A stretch of 64,000 bases of DNA from Squalus acanthias (Eukaryota): the NCBI GenBank assembly GCA_030390025.1, contig JASTWF010000035.1, positions 4,092,001 through 4,156,000 on the forward strand, read 5' to 3'. The position numbers and the translations under genes were made by a program. Within the stretch, counting starts at the first letter, position 1. The number at the start of each line of letters is the position of its first letter. Below, piece after piece: positions 49,953 through 62,260 of this stretch. The notes beneath the pieces are model-generated. The model saw only the letters and a list, made by a program, of their open reading frames with translations. It had not been told where the DNA came from and made no database searches.

Positions 49953-50568
49953 TCTCAATAGAATACAAGAGCAGGGGGGTTATGCTTCAACTGTATAAAA
50001 CACTAGTTAGGCCTCAGCTAGAGTACTGCGTGCAGTTCTGGTCACCACATTACAGGAAAGATGTGATTGCACTTGAGAGGGTACAGAGGAGATTTACAAG
50101 GATGTTGCCGGGTGTAGAGAATCTTAGCTATGAGGAAAGACTGGATAGGCTGGGTTTGTTTTCCTTGGAACAGAGGAGGCTGATGGGAGACCTTATTGAG
50201 GTGTATAAAATTATGAGGGACATAGAGAAAGTGGATAGAAAGGACCTATTTTCCTTAGCAGAGAGGTCAAAAACCAGGGGTCACAGATTTAAAGTAATTG
50301 GGGGAAGGTTTAGAGGGGATTTGAGGGGAAATTTCTTCACCCAGAGGGTTGTGGGGGTCTGGAACTCACTGCCTGAAAGGGTGGTAGAGGCAGGAACCCA
50401 AACCACATTTAAAAAGTACTTGGATGTGCACTTGGGATGCTCTAACCTGCGGGACAACGGACCAAGAGCTGGGAAGTGGGATTAGGCTGGATAGCTCTTT
50501 GTTGGCTGGCACGGACACGATGGGCTGAAATGGCCTCCTTCCGTGCTGTAACTTTCTATGATTCTATG
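49953..50568 (+). mobile_element. CR1 3' fragment, (GATTCTAT)n tail
   Basis: ORF to 50485. Confidence 0.9.
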
Positions 50569-52044
50569 ATACCCCGCACCCATAATATACACACACCCAC
50601 CAAATATACCCCCCAAATATACCACACACCCAAATATACCCCGCACCCCAAATATATACCGCACCTCAAATCTACCCCACACCCCAAATATACCCCACAC
50701 CCCAAATATACCCCACACCCAAATATACCCCGCAACTCAAATATACCCCACAACCCAAATATACCCCACAACCCAAATATACCCCGCACCCCAAATATAC
50801 ACCGAACCTCAAATATACCCCACACCCCAAATATACCCCACGCCCCAAAAATACCCCACAACCCAAATATACCCCGCACCCCAAATATACCCGCACCCCA
50901 AATATACCCCGCACCCCAAATATACCCCGCACCCCAAATATACCCCGCACCCCAAATATACCCCGCACCCCAAATATACACCGCACCTCAAATATACCCC
51001 ACACCCCAAATATACCCCACACCCCAAATATACCCCGCACCCCAAATATACCCCGCACCCCAAATATACCCCACACCCCAAATATACCCCACACCCCAAA
51101 TATACCCCACACCCCAAATATACCCCGCACCCCAAATATACCCCACACCCCAAATATACCCCGCACCCCAAACATACTCTGTACCCCAAATATACACCAC
51201 ACCCCAAAGATACCCCACACCCCAAATATACACTGCACCTCAAATATACCCCACACCCCAAATATACCCCACACCCCAAATATACCCCACACCCCAAATA
51301 TACCCCGCACCCCAAATATACCCCACACCCCAAATATACCCCACACCCCAAATATACCCCGCACCCCAAATATACCCCGCACCCCAAACATACCCCACAC
51401 CCCAAATATACCCCACGCCCCAAATATACTCCGCACCACAAATATACCCCACACCACAAATATACCCCGCACCCCAAATATACCCCACAACCCAAATATA
51501 CCCCGCACCCCAAATATACACTGCACCTCAAATATACCCCACACCCCAAATATACCCCACACCCCAAATATACCCCACACAGCAAATATACCCCGCACCC
51601 CAAATATACCCTTCACCCCAAACATACCCCACACCCTAAATATACCCCACACCCCAAATATACACTGCACCTCAAATATACCACACACCCCAAATATACC
51701 CCACACCCCAAATATACCCTACACCCCAAATATACCCCGCACCCCAAATATACCCCACACCCCAAATATACCCCGCACCCCAAACATACCCCACACCCCA
51801 AATATACCCCACGCCCCAAATATACTCCGCACCACAAATATACTCCGCACCCCAAATATACCCCACACCCCAAATATACCCCGCACCCCAAATATACCCC
51901 ACACCCCAAATATACCCCACAACCCAAATATACCCCGCACCCCAAATATACCCCACACCCCAAATATACCCCGCACCCCAAATATACCCCACACCCCAAA
52001 TATACCCCACACCCCAAATATACCCCGCACCCCAATATACCCCA

Positions 52045-52529
52045 CACTTTAGGAAGGATGTGAAGGCACTTGAGAGGGTGCAGTGCAGATTTACCAGAAT
52101 GGTTCCGGGGATGGGGGATCCTAGCTACAAGGACAGGTTGGAGAAGCTGGATTTGTTTTCATTAGAGCAAAGGAGGTTGAGGGGTGATTTGATAGAGGTG
52201 TACAAGATTATGACAGGTTTGGATAGGCTAGACGGGGAAAGGCTGTTCCCACTAGTTGATGGTACAAGGACTAGGGGACACAGATTTAAGATTTTGGGCA
52301 AGAGATACAGGGAGGATGTGAGGGAAAACTTTTTTACGCAGTGAGTGGTGAGGACTTGGAACTCGCTGCTGACGGAAGTGGTGGAAGCAGAGACACTCAA
52401 TGTTTTCAAGGGGACTGGAGGGAAATAAACTTGCAGGGCTATGGGGATAGAGCGGGCAATAGGACTGACTGGATTGCTCTACAGACTTGATGGGCCGAAT
52501 GGCCTCCTTCTGTGCCGTTATGACTCTAT
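52045..52529 (+). mobile_element. CR1 3' fragment ending TATGACTCTAT
   Basis: ORF 52060-52344; 3'UTR differs from those of 7756-8284 and 12772-13246. Confidence 0.9.
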
Positions 52530-52683
52530 GGGGGAAAAATTCAGTTGGTTTGCGCCTCCCGTTAGCACCTTAAGAGGGCGCTAATGGGGCGCAAAGCAAC
52601 TAGCGCCCGGGCCCGGCAATATCTGCGCCTCTCGCGAAATTGACCAGACATTTTGTGGCGGCGCTAAACACTACCGTCACGAT
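52530..52683 (+). mobile_element. Non-autonomous Harbinger, copy 4 (left end only)
   Basis: GGGGGAAAAATTCAGTTGGTTTGCGCCTCCCGTTAG preceded by TAT. Confidence 0.9.
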
Positions 52684-52690
52684 AGCATAG

Positions 52691-55600
52691 AAGATAGAAG
52701 CAGGAGATTCCAGGATGGTATGTTGCCTCCCTGGTGCAAGGGTCAAGGATGTCTCGGAGCGGCTGCAGAACATTCTGGAAAGGGAGGGTGAAGAGCCAGC
52801 TGTCGTGGTGCATGTAGGTACCAACGATATAGGTAAAAAGCGGGAAGAGGTCCTACAAGCAGAATTTAGGGAGCTAGGAGCTAAATTGAAAAGTAGGACC
52901 TTAAAGGTAGTAATCTCTGGGTTGCTACCAGTGCCACGTGCTAATCAGAGTAGCATGAACAGGATAGCGAGATTAAATACGTGGCTTGAGCAGTGGTGCA
53001 GGAGGGAGGGATTCAAATACCTGAGGCATTGGAACCAGTTCTGGGGGAAGTGGGACCTGTACAAAAGGGACGGTATGCACTTGGGCAGGACTGGAACCGA
53101 TGTCCTCGGGGTAATATTTGCTAAGGCAGTTCGGGAGGATTTAAACTAATATGGCAGGGGAATGGGAACCTATGTAGCAAAACAGGGGGAAGTAATATGC
53201 AGTCAGAAACAAATGTTAGAAGGGTGAGAAACAATAGGGGAAATCCGAGTAAACAAAGGCAAGAAACACAAAGGGCCATACTAAAAGGCTAAAAGGACAA
53301 AGGGTGTTAATAAAACAAGCCTAAAGGCTCTGTGTCTTAATGCAAGGAGTATCCGTAATAAGGTGGATGAATTGACTGTGCAAATTGATGTTAACGGATA
53401 TGATGTGATTGGGATTACAGAGACGTGGCTCCAGAACAATCAAGGCTGGGAACTGAATATCCAGGGGTATTCAACATTCAGAAGGATAGAATAAAAGGAA
53501 AAGGGGGTGGGGTAGCATTGCTGGTTAAAAAGGAGATTAATGCAATAGCTAGGAAGGACATTAGCTTGGAGGATGTGGAATCAATATGGGTTGAGCTGCA
53601 GAACACCAAAGGGCAGAAAACGTTAGTGGGGGTTGTGTACAGACCTCCAAACAGTAGTAGTGAGGTGGGGGAGGGTATGAAACAGGAAATCAGAGGTGCA
53701 TGCAAAAAAGGCGCAGCAGTTATCATGGGTGATTTTAATATGCATATAGATTGGGCTACTCAAACTGGAAGCAATACGGTGGAGGAGGATTTCCTAGAGT
53801 GTTTAAGGGATGGTTTCCTAAACCAATATGTTGAGGAACCAACTAGAGGGAAGGCCATCCTGGACTGGGTGTTGTGTAATGAGGAAGCAATCTTGTGGTG
53901 CGAGGCCCCTTGGGGAAGAGCGACCATAGTATGGTGGAGTTCTACATTAGGATGGAGAAGGAAACAGTTAATTCAGAGACCATGGTCCAGAACTTAAATA
54001 AGGGCAACTTTGAGGGTATGAGGCGTGAATTGGCGAGGTTAGATTGGCAAGCGATATTTAAGGGGTTATCAGTGGAAGGGCAATGGCAGACATTTAGAGA
54101 TCGCATGGATGAACTACAGCAATTGTACATCCCTGTCTGGCGTAAAAATAAAAAAGGGAAGGTGGCTCAACCATGGCTAACAAGGGAAATCAGGGATAGT
54201 ATTAAAAGCAAGGAAGTGGCATACAAATTGGCCAGAAGTAGCAGCAAACCCGGGGACTGGGAGAACTTTAAAACTCAGCAGAGGAGGACGAAGGGTTTGA
54301 TTAGGGCAGGGAAAATAAAATATGAAAGGAAGCTTGCGGAGAACATTAAAAGGGACTGCAAAAGCTTCTATAAATATGTAAAAAGAAAGAGGTTAGTAAA
54401 AACAAACGTAGGTCCCCTGCAGTCAGAAACAGGGGAAGTCATAATGGGGAACAAAGAAATGGCAGATCAATTGAACAAGTACTTTGGTTCGGTGTTTACT
54501 GTGGAGAACACAAACAACCTTCCGGAAATAAAAGAGATCAAAGGATCTGGTAAGAGGGAGGAGCTGAGGGAAATCCTTATCAGTCGGGAAAAGGTGTTGG
54601 GGAAATTGATGGGACTGAAGGCTGATAAATCCCCAGGGCCTGATGGTCTGCATCCCAGAGTACTTAAGGAGGTGGCCTTGGAAATAGTGGATGCATTGAC
54701 GATCATTTTCCAACATTCCTTAGACTCTGGATCAGTTCCGAAGGAGTGGAGGGTGGCTAATGTAACCCCTCTTTTTAAAAAAGGAGGGAGGGAGAAAGCA
54801 GAGAATTATAGACCGTTCAGCCTGACATCGGTGGTGGGTAAAATTGATGGAATCAATTATTAAAGATGTCATAACAGACCATTTGGAAAGTGGCGACATG
54901 ATAGGTCCAAGTCAGCATGGATTTGTGAAAGGGAAATCATGCTTGACAAATCTTCTGGAATTTTTTGAGGATGTTTCCAATAGGGTGGACGGGGGGGAAC
55001 CAGTAGATGTGGTGTATTTGGACTTTCAGAAGGCCTTCGACAAGGTCCCACACAAGAGATTGGTGTGCAAAGTTAAAGCACATGGGATTGGGGGTAATGT
55101 GTTGACGTGGATTGAGAACTGGTTGGCACACAGGAAACAAAGAGTAGGAGTAAATGGGTACTTTTCAGAATGGCAGGCAGTGACCAGCGGGGTACCGCAG
55201 GGTTCAGTGCTGGGGCCCCAGCTGTTTACATTATATATTAATGATTTGGACGAAGGGATTAATTGTAATATCTCCAAATTTGCAGATGACACTAAATTGG
55301 GAGGCAGTGTGAACAATGAGGAGGATGCTAGGAGGCTACAGAGTGACTTGGACAGGTTGGGTGAATGGGCAAATGTATGGCAGATGAAGTACAATGTGGA
55401 TAAATGTGAGGTTATCCACTTTGGTGGTAAAAATAGGGAGGCAGACTATTACCTGAATGGTGGCAGATTAGGGAAAGGGGAGGTGCAACGAGACCTGGGC
55501 GTCATGGTACATCAGTCACTGAAGGTGGGAAGGCAAGTGCAGCAGGCAGTCAAGAAAGCAAATGGCATGATGGCCTTCATAGCAAGGGGATTTGAGTACA

Positions 55601-56218
55601 GGAGTAGGGAGGTGATGCTACAGTTGTACAGGGCCTTGGTGAGGCCACACCTGGAGTATTGTGTGCAGTTTTGGTCTCCTAACTTGAGGAAGGACATTCT
55701 TGCTATTGAGGGAGTGCAACGAAGGTTCACTAGATTGATTCCTGGGATGGCCAGACTGACATATCAAGAAAGACTGGATCAACTGAACTTGTATCCTCTG
55801 GAGTTCAGAAGAATGAGGGGGGATCTTATAGAGACGTTTAAAATCCTGACTGGTTTAGACAAATTAGATGCGGGCAGAATGTTTCCAATGTTAGGGAAAA
55901 CTAAAACCAGGGGTCACAGTCTAAGGATAAAGGGGAAGCCATTTAAGACTGAGCTGAGGAGGAACTTCTTCACCCAGAGAGTGGTGAATCTGTGGAATTC
56001 TCTACCACAGAAGGTTGTTGAGGCCAGTTCGCTAAATATATTCAAAAGGGAGTTAGATATAATACTCACAACTAGGGGGATCAAGGGGTATGGCGAGAAA
56101 GCAGGAATGGGGTACTGAGGTAGCATGTTCAGCCATGAACGCATTGAATGGCGGTGCAGGCTCGAAGGGCCGAATGGTCTACTCCTGCACCTATTTTCTA
56201 TGTTTCTATGTTTCTATG
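52691..56218 (+). mobile_element. Near full-length CR1 (ORF1 esterase half plus frameshifted ORF2)
   Basis: ORFs 52715-53149, 53425-53997, 53895-54863, 54844-56118; (TATGTTTC)n tail. Confidence 0.95.
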
Positions 56219-56351
56219 AGTAGGCCATTCGGCCCCTCGAGCCTGCTCCGCCATTTAATGAGACCATGGCTGATCATCCAAATTCCTGCGCCGGCAGATC
56301 GTGACGTCAGTCGAGTGCGCAACGCCCCGGTAGCGCCCCGGAGCGGATATT

Positions 56352-57085
56352 GGCCCAAAAATTAGTCTCGGTACGCGAGAGTACGCACTGTGTACTCTCG
56401 CGTATTCTGTCTCCAATTGCCAGTTTTCTGCATGCACTGCGCATGCACTGAAAACCGGCACTTGGTGATTTCAAAAGGGGGCGGTTCCTAGTGAACCGCG
56501 TGCGCGCTACAGGCTGCGCGCACGCAGTGCACTTAGTGCTTTGAACGCGCAGGTAAGCATGGAAGATTTTACACATAAAGAAAGGAGGCGTAAGACCCTC
56601 TTTTAACAAGGTAAGTAGTTAATTAAGTATTATTTTGAATTTTTTTCAACAGGTATATCTTTTTTAGAGACTTTAAAGAAAGGTAAGTTTATTTTTATAA
56701 CTTTTAAAAAGATTTTAAATTTTTTCAAAAATTTAATTTTTTGTTTAAAGTGGTTAATTTATTTAACTATACTTATTTTATTAATGTGATGGCTTTTTTT
56801 ATTGAGGTTTAGCTGTTCTTTTGGGGGTGTATAGATTCATAGCTTTGACAGCCCTTGCTGTGAAAACTATGAATGAAAGATGGTGTGCTGCCATTGGCTC
56901 TAACTGAATCACGTGATCCCACAGCTCGCACGAATTAACTGCGTCTGTGGGATACGCAAGCACTGCACAGCTGCAGTCTTGAATCTAAAGTTCGTGTGAG
57001 CTCGGAAGGAAAAGGCAGGCGCGCAGTGAGATATCGCGGGGAAGCCTTACCCCCGCAGGAAGGCTCCGTCTTTAATTTCTGGGCC
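56352..57085. mobile_element. Second MITE family (734 bp), probably Harbinger-type
   Basis: TIR GGCCCAAAAATTA / TAATTTCTGGGCC; 3 extra bases at the site (ATT/AAC) relative to uninterrupted copies; AT-rich core. Confidence 0.75.
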
Positions 57086-57169
57086 AACGAGTGGCGCCCC
57101 CTGCCTTACTGCCTGCCGCTAGCAACGACAGGTTGAGGGGAGCCTTTTGCAGTCAGGAAGGGACTGGGG

Positions 57170-57464
57170 GGCATAGTTTCAGAATAAGGGGTCGCCCATT
57201 TATGACGGAGATGAGGAGGAATTTCTTCTCTTGGAGGGTCATGAAATTTTGGAATTATCTGCCCCAGAGAACTGTGGAGGCTGAATCATTGAATATATTC
57301 AAGGCTGAGATAGACAGATTGTTGAACTACAGGAGAGTCAAGGGTTATGGGGAACAGGCAGGAAAGTGGAGTTGAGGCCAAGATCAGATCAGCCATGATC
57401 TTATTGAATGGCGGAGCAGGCTCGAGGGGCCGAATGGCCTACTCCTGCTCCTATTTCTTATGTT
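57170..57464 (+). mobile_element. CR1 3' fragment inside MITE copy 5
   Basis: GHSFRIRG...KGYGEQAGKWS* plus tail. Confidence 0.9.
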
Positions 57465-58057
57465 CTATTTAAAGGCGACCGCTTCCTGCCTTTTTTTGTT
57501 GGTGACATTTTTGCACCACGCATTCTGAGAGAGAGAGAGAGAGACTTCTGGAGAGATTCAACGCTGTGTGAAGGAGTTTTGGGTACTGAGCAGCACTTTG
57601 CAGGTTCATTTTGATTTGCCCTTCCTTGTATCGATTTAGAAGAGACTGTGGGGGCTGCACTGTGAACTCTTTCTCTGGGCCTCTCCATTGTTCTTTCCAG
57701 CAGATTTGATGTACAGGTCTCTCCAGGCCAAGATTCAAGGCTGCAATGAGCAGGATGTGGATGGCGAGCAAGATCGACCCTCCCCTTTAAGAACTGGCCC
57801 GTGCCATTGTGTGTGTGTTCCATTGCTGACTGACATCACATGAGCTTGGCCAGTGCTCTGAGGTAGCGCCTCGCTCCTCGGCCTTTGCACCTTAAGACAG
57901 GTGTGTAGCGCCTGATTTAGCGCTCCAATCACCTCCAGGGGCGATAAAAGTCAAGTTTGCAGTCAGAGGAGATAATTAGCGCCAGGCGCTAATCTTTGCA
58001 CCCGGCCAATAATTGCGCCCCAAACGGGGCGATACTGAATTTTTCCCCCATGACTTA

Positions 58058-58494
58058 GCTTAGGGATGTACACACTGGAGTTTAGAAGATTGAGAGGGGA
58101 CCTCATAGAAGTGTATAAAATTCTGACAGGTCTAGACAGACTAGATGCAGAAGGAATGTTTCCCTTGGCGGGTGAGAACAGAACTAGAGGACATAATTTA
58201 AGGATAAGGGCTAAACCATTTAGGACAGAAATGAGGGGGAATTTCTTCACTCAGAGGGTGGTGAACCTGTGGAACTCATTGCCACAGAGGGCAGTGTACG
58301 CCAGCTCATTAAATATATTTAAGAGGGAATTAGATATATTTCTACAGGCAAAAGGGGTTAAGGGTTATGGAGAGAAGGCGGGGACGGGATACTGAATTGG
58401 AGGATCAGCCATGATCTCATTAAATGGCGGAGCAGGCTCGAAGGGCCGGATGGCCTACTCCTGCTCCTATCTTCTATGTATCTATGTATCTATG
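58058..58494 (+). mobile_element. CR1 3' fragment
   Basis: ORF 58066-58395; (TATGTATC) tail. Confidence 0.9.
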
Positions 58495-58496
58495 TA

Positions 58497-59260
58497 GCTT
58501 CTTTAGCAACCTAGGATGCATTCCATCCAGACCAGGTGACTTACCGCCTTTCAGTAATAATCTTTTTAGTACGTCTTCTCTATCTATTATTATTCTGTCC
58601 ATAACGACCCTCTCCTCTTTTAGTGTAACCTTCACATCATCTACTTCCTTTGTGAGGACAGATGCAAAGTACTCATTCAATACTTTAGCCGTGTCCTCTG
58701 CCTTTACAGGAAGATTTCCCTTTGGGTCCTCAATAGGCCCAACTTTTTCCCTCGCTAACTGCTCACACTTTATATTTTTATAAAATGTTTTAGGGTTCAA
58801 TTTAATGTTGCCTGATAATCTTTTCTCATAACTTCTCTTTGCCTCCCGTATTAACTTTTTCAATTCCCTCCTGTACTCTCCATAATCTTCCTGGTTATTA
58901 ACTGAATTTTGCTCCTGCCATTTGTCATAAGCCTCCTTTATCTGTTTTATTTTAACTTTTATTTCCTTTGTCATACACGGCGCATTAGCTTTGGATGCTC
59001 CACCTTTAACCTTCAAAGGAACATGCCTAGTTTGTACTTGAACTATCTCTTCCCTGAATGCCCCCCATTGCTCCGTTACTGCTTTACCCTGCAATGGCCT
59101 TTTCCAGTCTACCTGTGCGAGGTCCCTTCTTAAATCACTGAAATTAGTTCTTCCCCAGTTGAGCATTTTTACCTTTGCTATTTTCTGGTCTCTTTCCATA
59201 ATGACATGAAACCGAATTATGTTGTGGTCAGTGTTAGCGAGATGATTTCCGACTGTGATA
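58497..59260 (-). mobile_element. CR1 ORF2 internal fragment
   Basis: SDHN...VLNEYFASV...KSPGLDGMHPR. Confidence 0.85.
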
Positions 59261-59264
59261 AATC

Positions 59265-59460
59265 TTAATTATACCCCACGATCCCAAATATACCCCCCAC
59301 CCCCAAATATACCCCCCACCCCCAAATATAACCCTCACCCCCAAATATAACCCTCACCCCCAAATATAACCCTCACCCCCAAATATAACCCTCACCCCCA
59401 AATATAACCCCCACCCCCAAATATAACCCCCACCCCCAAATATACCCCCCACCCCCAAAT
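59265..59460. repeat. 19-bp variant of the CCCCAAATATA minisatellite
   Basis: Directly visible. Confidence 0.9.
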
Positions 59461-59540
59461 CCCGCGAAAAGTCTGTGAGCAGCTGACTGTGAGGTGAATG
59501 GCGAGCGCCGTTCCTTTGCCACTGACTGCAAAATCCGGGC

Positions 59541-59712
59541 CAGAGTTAACATTTCAGGTCAATGAGTTTTACTCTAATTCTGACAAAGGGTCATCGACCT
59601 GAAACATAACTCTGTTTCTCTTTCCACGGATGCTGCCTGACCTGCTGAGTATTTCCAGCATTTTCAGTTTCTATTTCAGATTTCCAGTATCCGCAGGATT
59701 TAGCGTTTTGTG
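59541..59712 (+). mobile_element. Short palindromic Penelope-derived repeat with decayed hammerhead core
   Basis: Inverted arms CAGAGTTAACATTTCAGGTC / GACCTGAAACATAACTCTG; CTGACAAA-GGGTC-ATC-GACCT-GAAAC. Confidence 0.5.
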
Positions 59713-59893
59713 TGATTGTATGAACAGGGTGTTTGGAACCTTCAATTAATGAAGGAACTTCCTCTTCAGTCTGTACGACATTGTTGAAATTAATTTCTCT
59801 GAGGGGGAGTTGGCCGGGGATATGTGGAGTTTGTACAATGGAATCTTACACCGTAATTCCAGGTTTAATGGCCCCTTCACTCCGGTCACCAAC

Positions 59894-60085
59894 CTGATCC
59901 GAATACCCCTCCGATTGCAGCCTCTGTTGCGTTGACGTATCCAAGACTGCGACAAACAACATGAGCGTCAGTGATGTCCCAGTTATCGTCACACACCGTC
60001 CCCCACTCTCCATTGTAGTAAACTTCCACTCGACCCTCACTGGGCAACCGACCGCCAGACAGTCTCAGCTCTCCATACTCCACCC
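59894..60085 (-). CDS. LGALS3BP: Galectin-3-binding protein SRCR exon, first half (192 nt, phase 1 to 1)
   Basis: [48 protein letters not shown]...FGS; acceptor TTCTTTCCCCAG, donor GTTGGT. Confidence 0.9.
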
Positions 60086-61012
60086 CTGGGGAAAGAAGCA
60101 CATCACATGTAAGGCCAGGCACAGGACCCCTCCCCCATTACTGGACCAGACCAGGAGCATCTGATCCAAGACAAGACCAGGAGCAGGAAAGATAGGCGTT
60201 TCTGTGGCCGCAGACGTGACTCCAGGGTGGTATGTTGCCTCCTGGTGCCAGGGTCAAGGATGTCATTGAGTGGCTGCAGGACACTCTGAGGGTGAACAGC
60301 CAGAGGTCGTGGTCCACATCGGTACCAATGACATAGGTACAAAGAAGGATGAGGTCCTGCAGGCAGAGTTTAGGGAGCTAGGAAAGAGATTAAAAAGCAG
60401 GACCTCAAAGGTAGTAATCTCCGGATTACTCCCGGTGCCACGTGCTAGTGAGTACAGAAATAGGGGGATAGAGCAGATGAATGCTTGGCTGGAGAGATGG
60501 TGCAGGAGGGAGGGCTTCAGATTCCTGCGACATTGGGACCGGTTCTGGGGGAGGTGGGACCTGTACAGACCGGATGGGTTGTACCTCAACAGAGCCGGAA
60601 CCAATGTCCTCGCGGGAGGGGGTTGCTAGTGCTGTTGGGGAGGGTTTAAACTAATTTGGCAGGGGGATGGGCACCAGGATGTAGCATTAGAAGGGGAAAC
60701 AAGGTGCACAAAGGATTGGGAGAGGCAGATAGCACTAGAGTAAGAAATAGTGCGGTATTAGGTGGGGTCAGACTAAGAGAGAATACAAGAAGGTCTAAGA
60801 TAGGTTTACGGTGCATGTGTGAGAATCCACGAAGTGTGGTGAATAAGGTTGGTGAGCTGCAGGCGCAAACAGACACATGGGAATATGATGCTGTGGGGAT
60901 AATGGAGACCTGGCTCATAAAAGGGCAGGATTGGGTACTAAATATTCCTGGATATAAGGTGTTCAGGAAAGATAGGGAAGGAAAGAAAGGAGGTGGGGTG
61001 GCAGTACTGATT

Positions 61013-61149
61013 AAAATGAGAAGTCGCACAACACCAGCAGCAGCTCCGAAAGCTTGTGATTTCAAATAAAACTGTTGGACTATAACCTGGTGTTGTGCGA
61101 CTTCTCATTTTTGTCCACCCCAGTCCAACACCGGCATCTCCACATCATG
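61013..61149 (+). mobile_element. Short Penelope-like insertion with inverted 5' segment
   Basis: 25-bp perfect inverted repeat 61013-61037 / 61087-61111; TSD AGTACTGATT(AA). Confidence 0.8.
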
Positions 61150-62260
61150 AGTACTGATTAAGGAATATATTACAGTGCTGGAGAGAGAGGATGTCCTGGA
61201 GGGGTCAAGGACAGAATCCATTTGGTTAGAGTTGGAAACAATAGAGGTGTCATTACACAACTAGATGTATTCTATAGGCCGCCAACTAGAGGGAAAGATA
61301 TAGAGGAGCAAATTTGCAGAGAAATTACAGAGAGGTGCAAGAACTATAGAGGAGTGATAATGGGGGACTTCAACTATCTGAACATAGACTGGGATAGTAA
61401 TAATGTAAAGGACAGAGAGGGGGAAGAATTTCTGAAGTGTGTTCAGGAGAACTTTCTTGATCAGTACATTTCCAGCCCAACGAGGAAGGAGGCATTGCTG
61501 GATCTGGTTCTGGGGAATGAGGTGGGTCAAGTGGAGCAAGTGTCAGTTGGGGAACATTTAGGGAACAGTGATCATAGTATCATAAGGTTTAGATTAGCTA
61601 TGGAAAAGGACAGGGAGAAATCTAGAGTAAAAATATTTAATTAGAGGAAGGCAAATTTCAGTGGGATGAGAACGGATCTGGCCCGGGTAAATTGGAATCA
61701 AAGATTGGCAGGCAAAACTGTAATCGAACAATGGGCTGCCTGTAAAGAGGAGATGGTTCAGGTACAGTCGAGGTACATTCCCACGAGGGGGAAAGGTGGG
61801 GCAACTAAAACCAGAGCTCTCTGGATGATGAAAGAGATAGAGAGTAAGATGAAGCAGAAAAAGGGGGCATATGACAGATGGCAGGTTGAGAATACAAGTG
61901 AGAACCAGGCTGAATATAGAAAGTTCAGAGGGGAAGTGAAAAAGGAAATAAGAGGGGCAAAGAGAAAGTATGAGAATAGAATGGCAGCTAACATAAAAGG
62001 GAATCCAAAAGTCTTCTATAGGCATATAAATAGAAAACGGGTAGTAAGAGGAGGGGTGGGGCCAATTAGGGACCAAAATGGAGACCTATGCATGGAGGCA
62101 GAGGGCATGGCTGAGGTGCTAAATGAATACTTTGCATCTGTCTTCATCAAGGAAGAAGATTCTGCCAAAGTCATAGTGAAAGAGGAGGTAGTTGAGATAC
62201 TGGATGGGATAAAAATTGATAAGGAGGAGGTACTAAAAATGTTGGCTGTACTTAAAGTAG

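Larger units (their letters stand above)
49045..52047. repeat. 18-bp minisatellite ACCCCAAATATACCCCRC (49045-49685 and ~50568-52047)
   Basis: Directly visible; 6-aa periodicity in overlapping ORFs. Confidence 0.95.
56284..58049 (+). mobile_element. Non-autonomous Harbinger, copy 5 (left end lost; two nested insertions)
   Basis: Collinear with 13401-14139; right TIR ACTGAATTTTTCCCCC. Confidence 0.9.
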
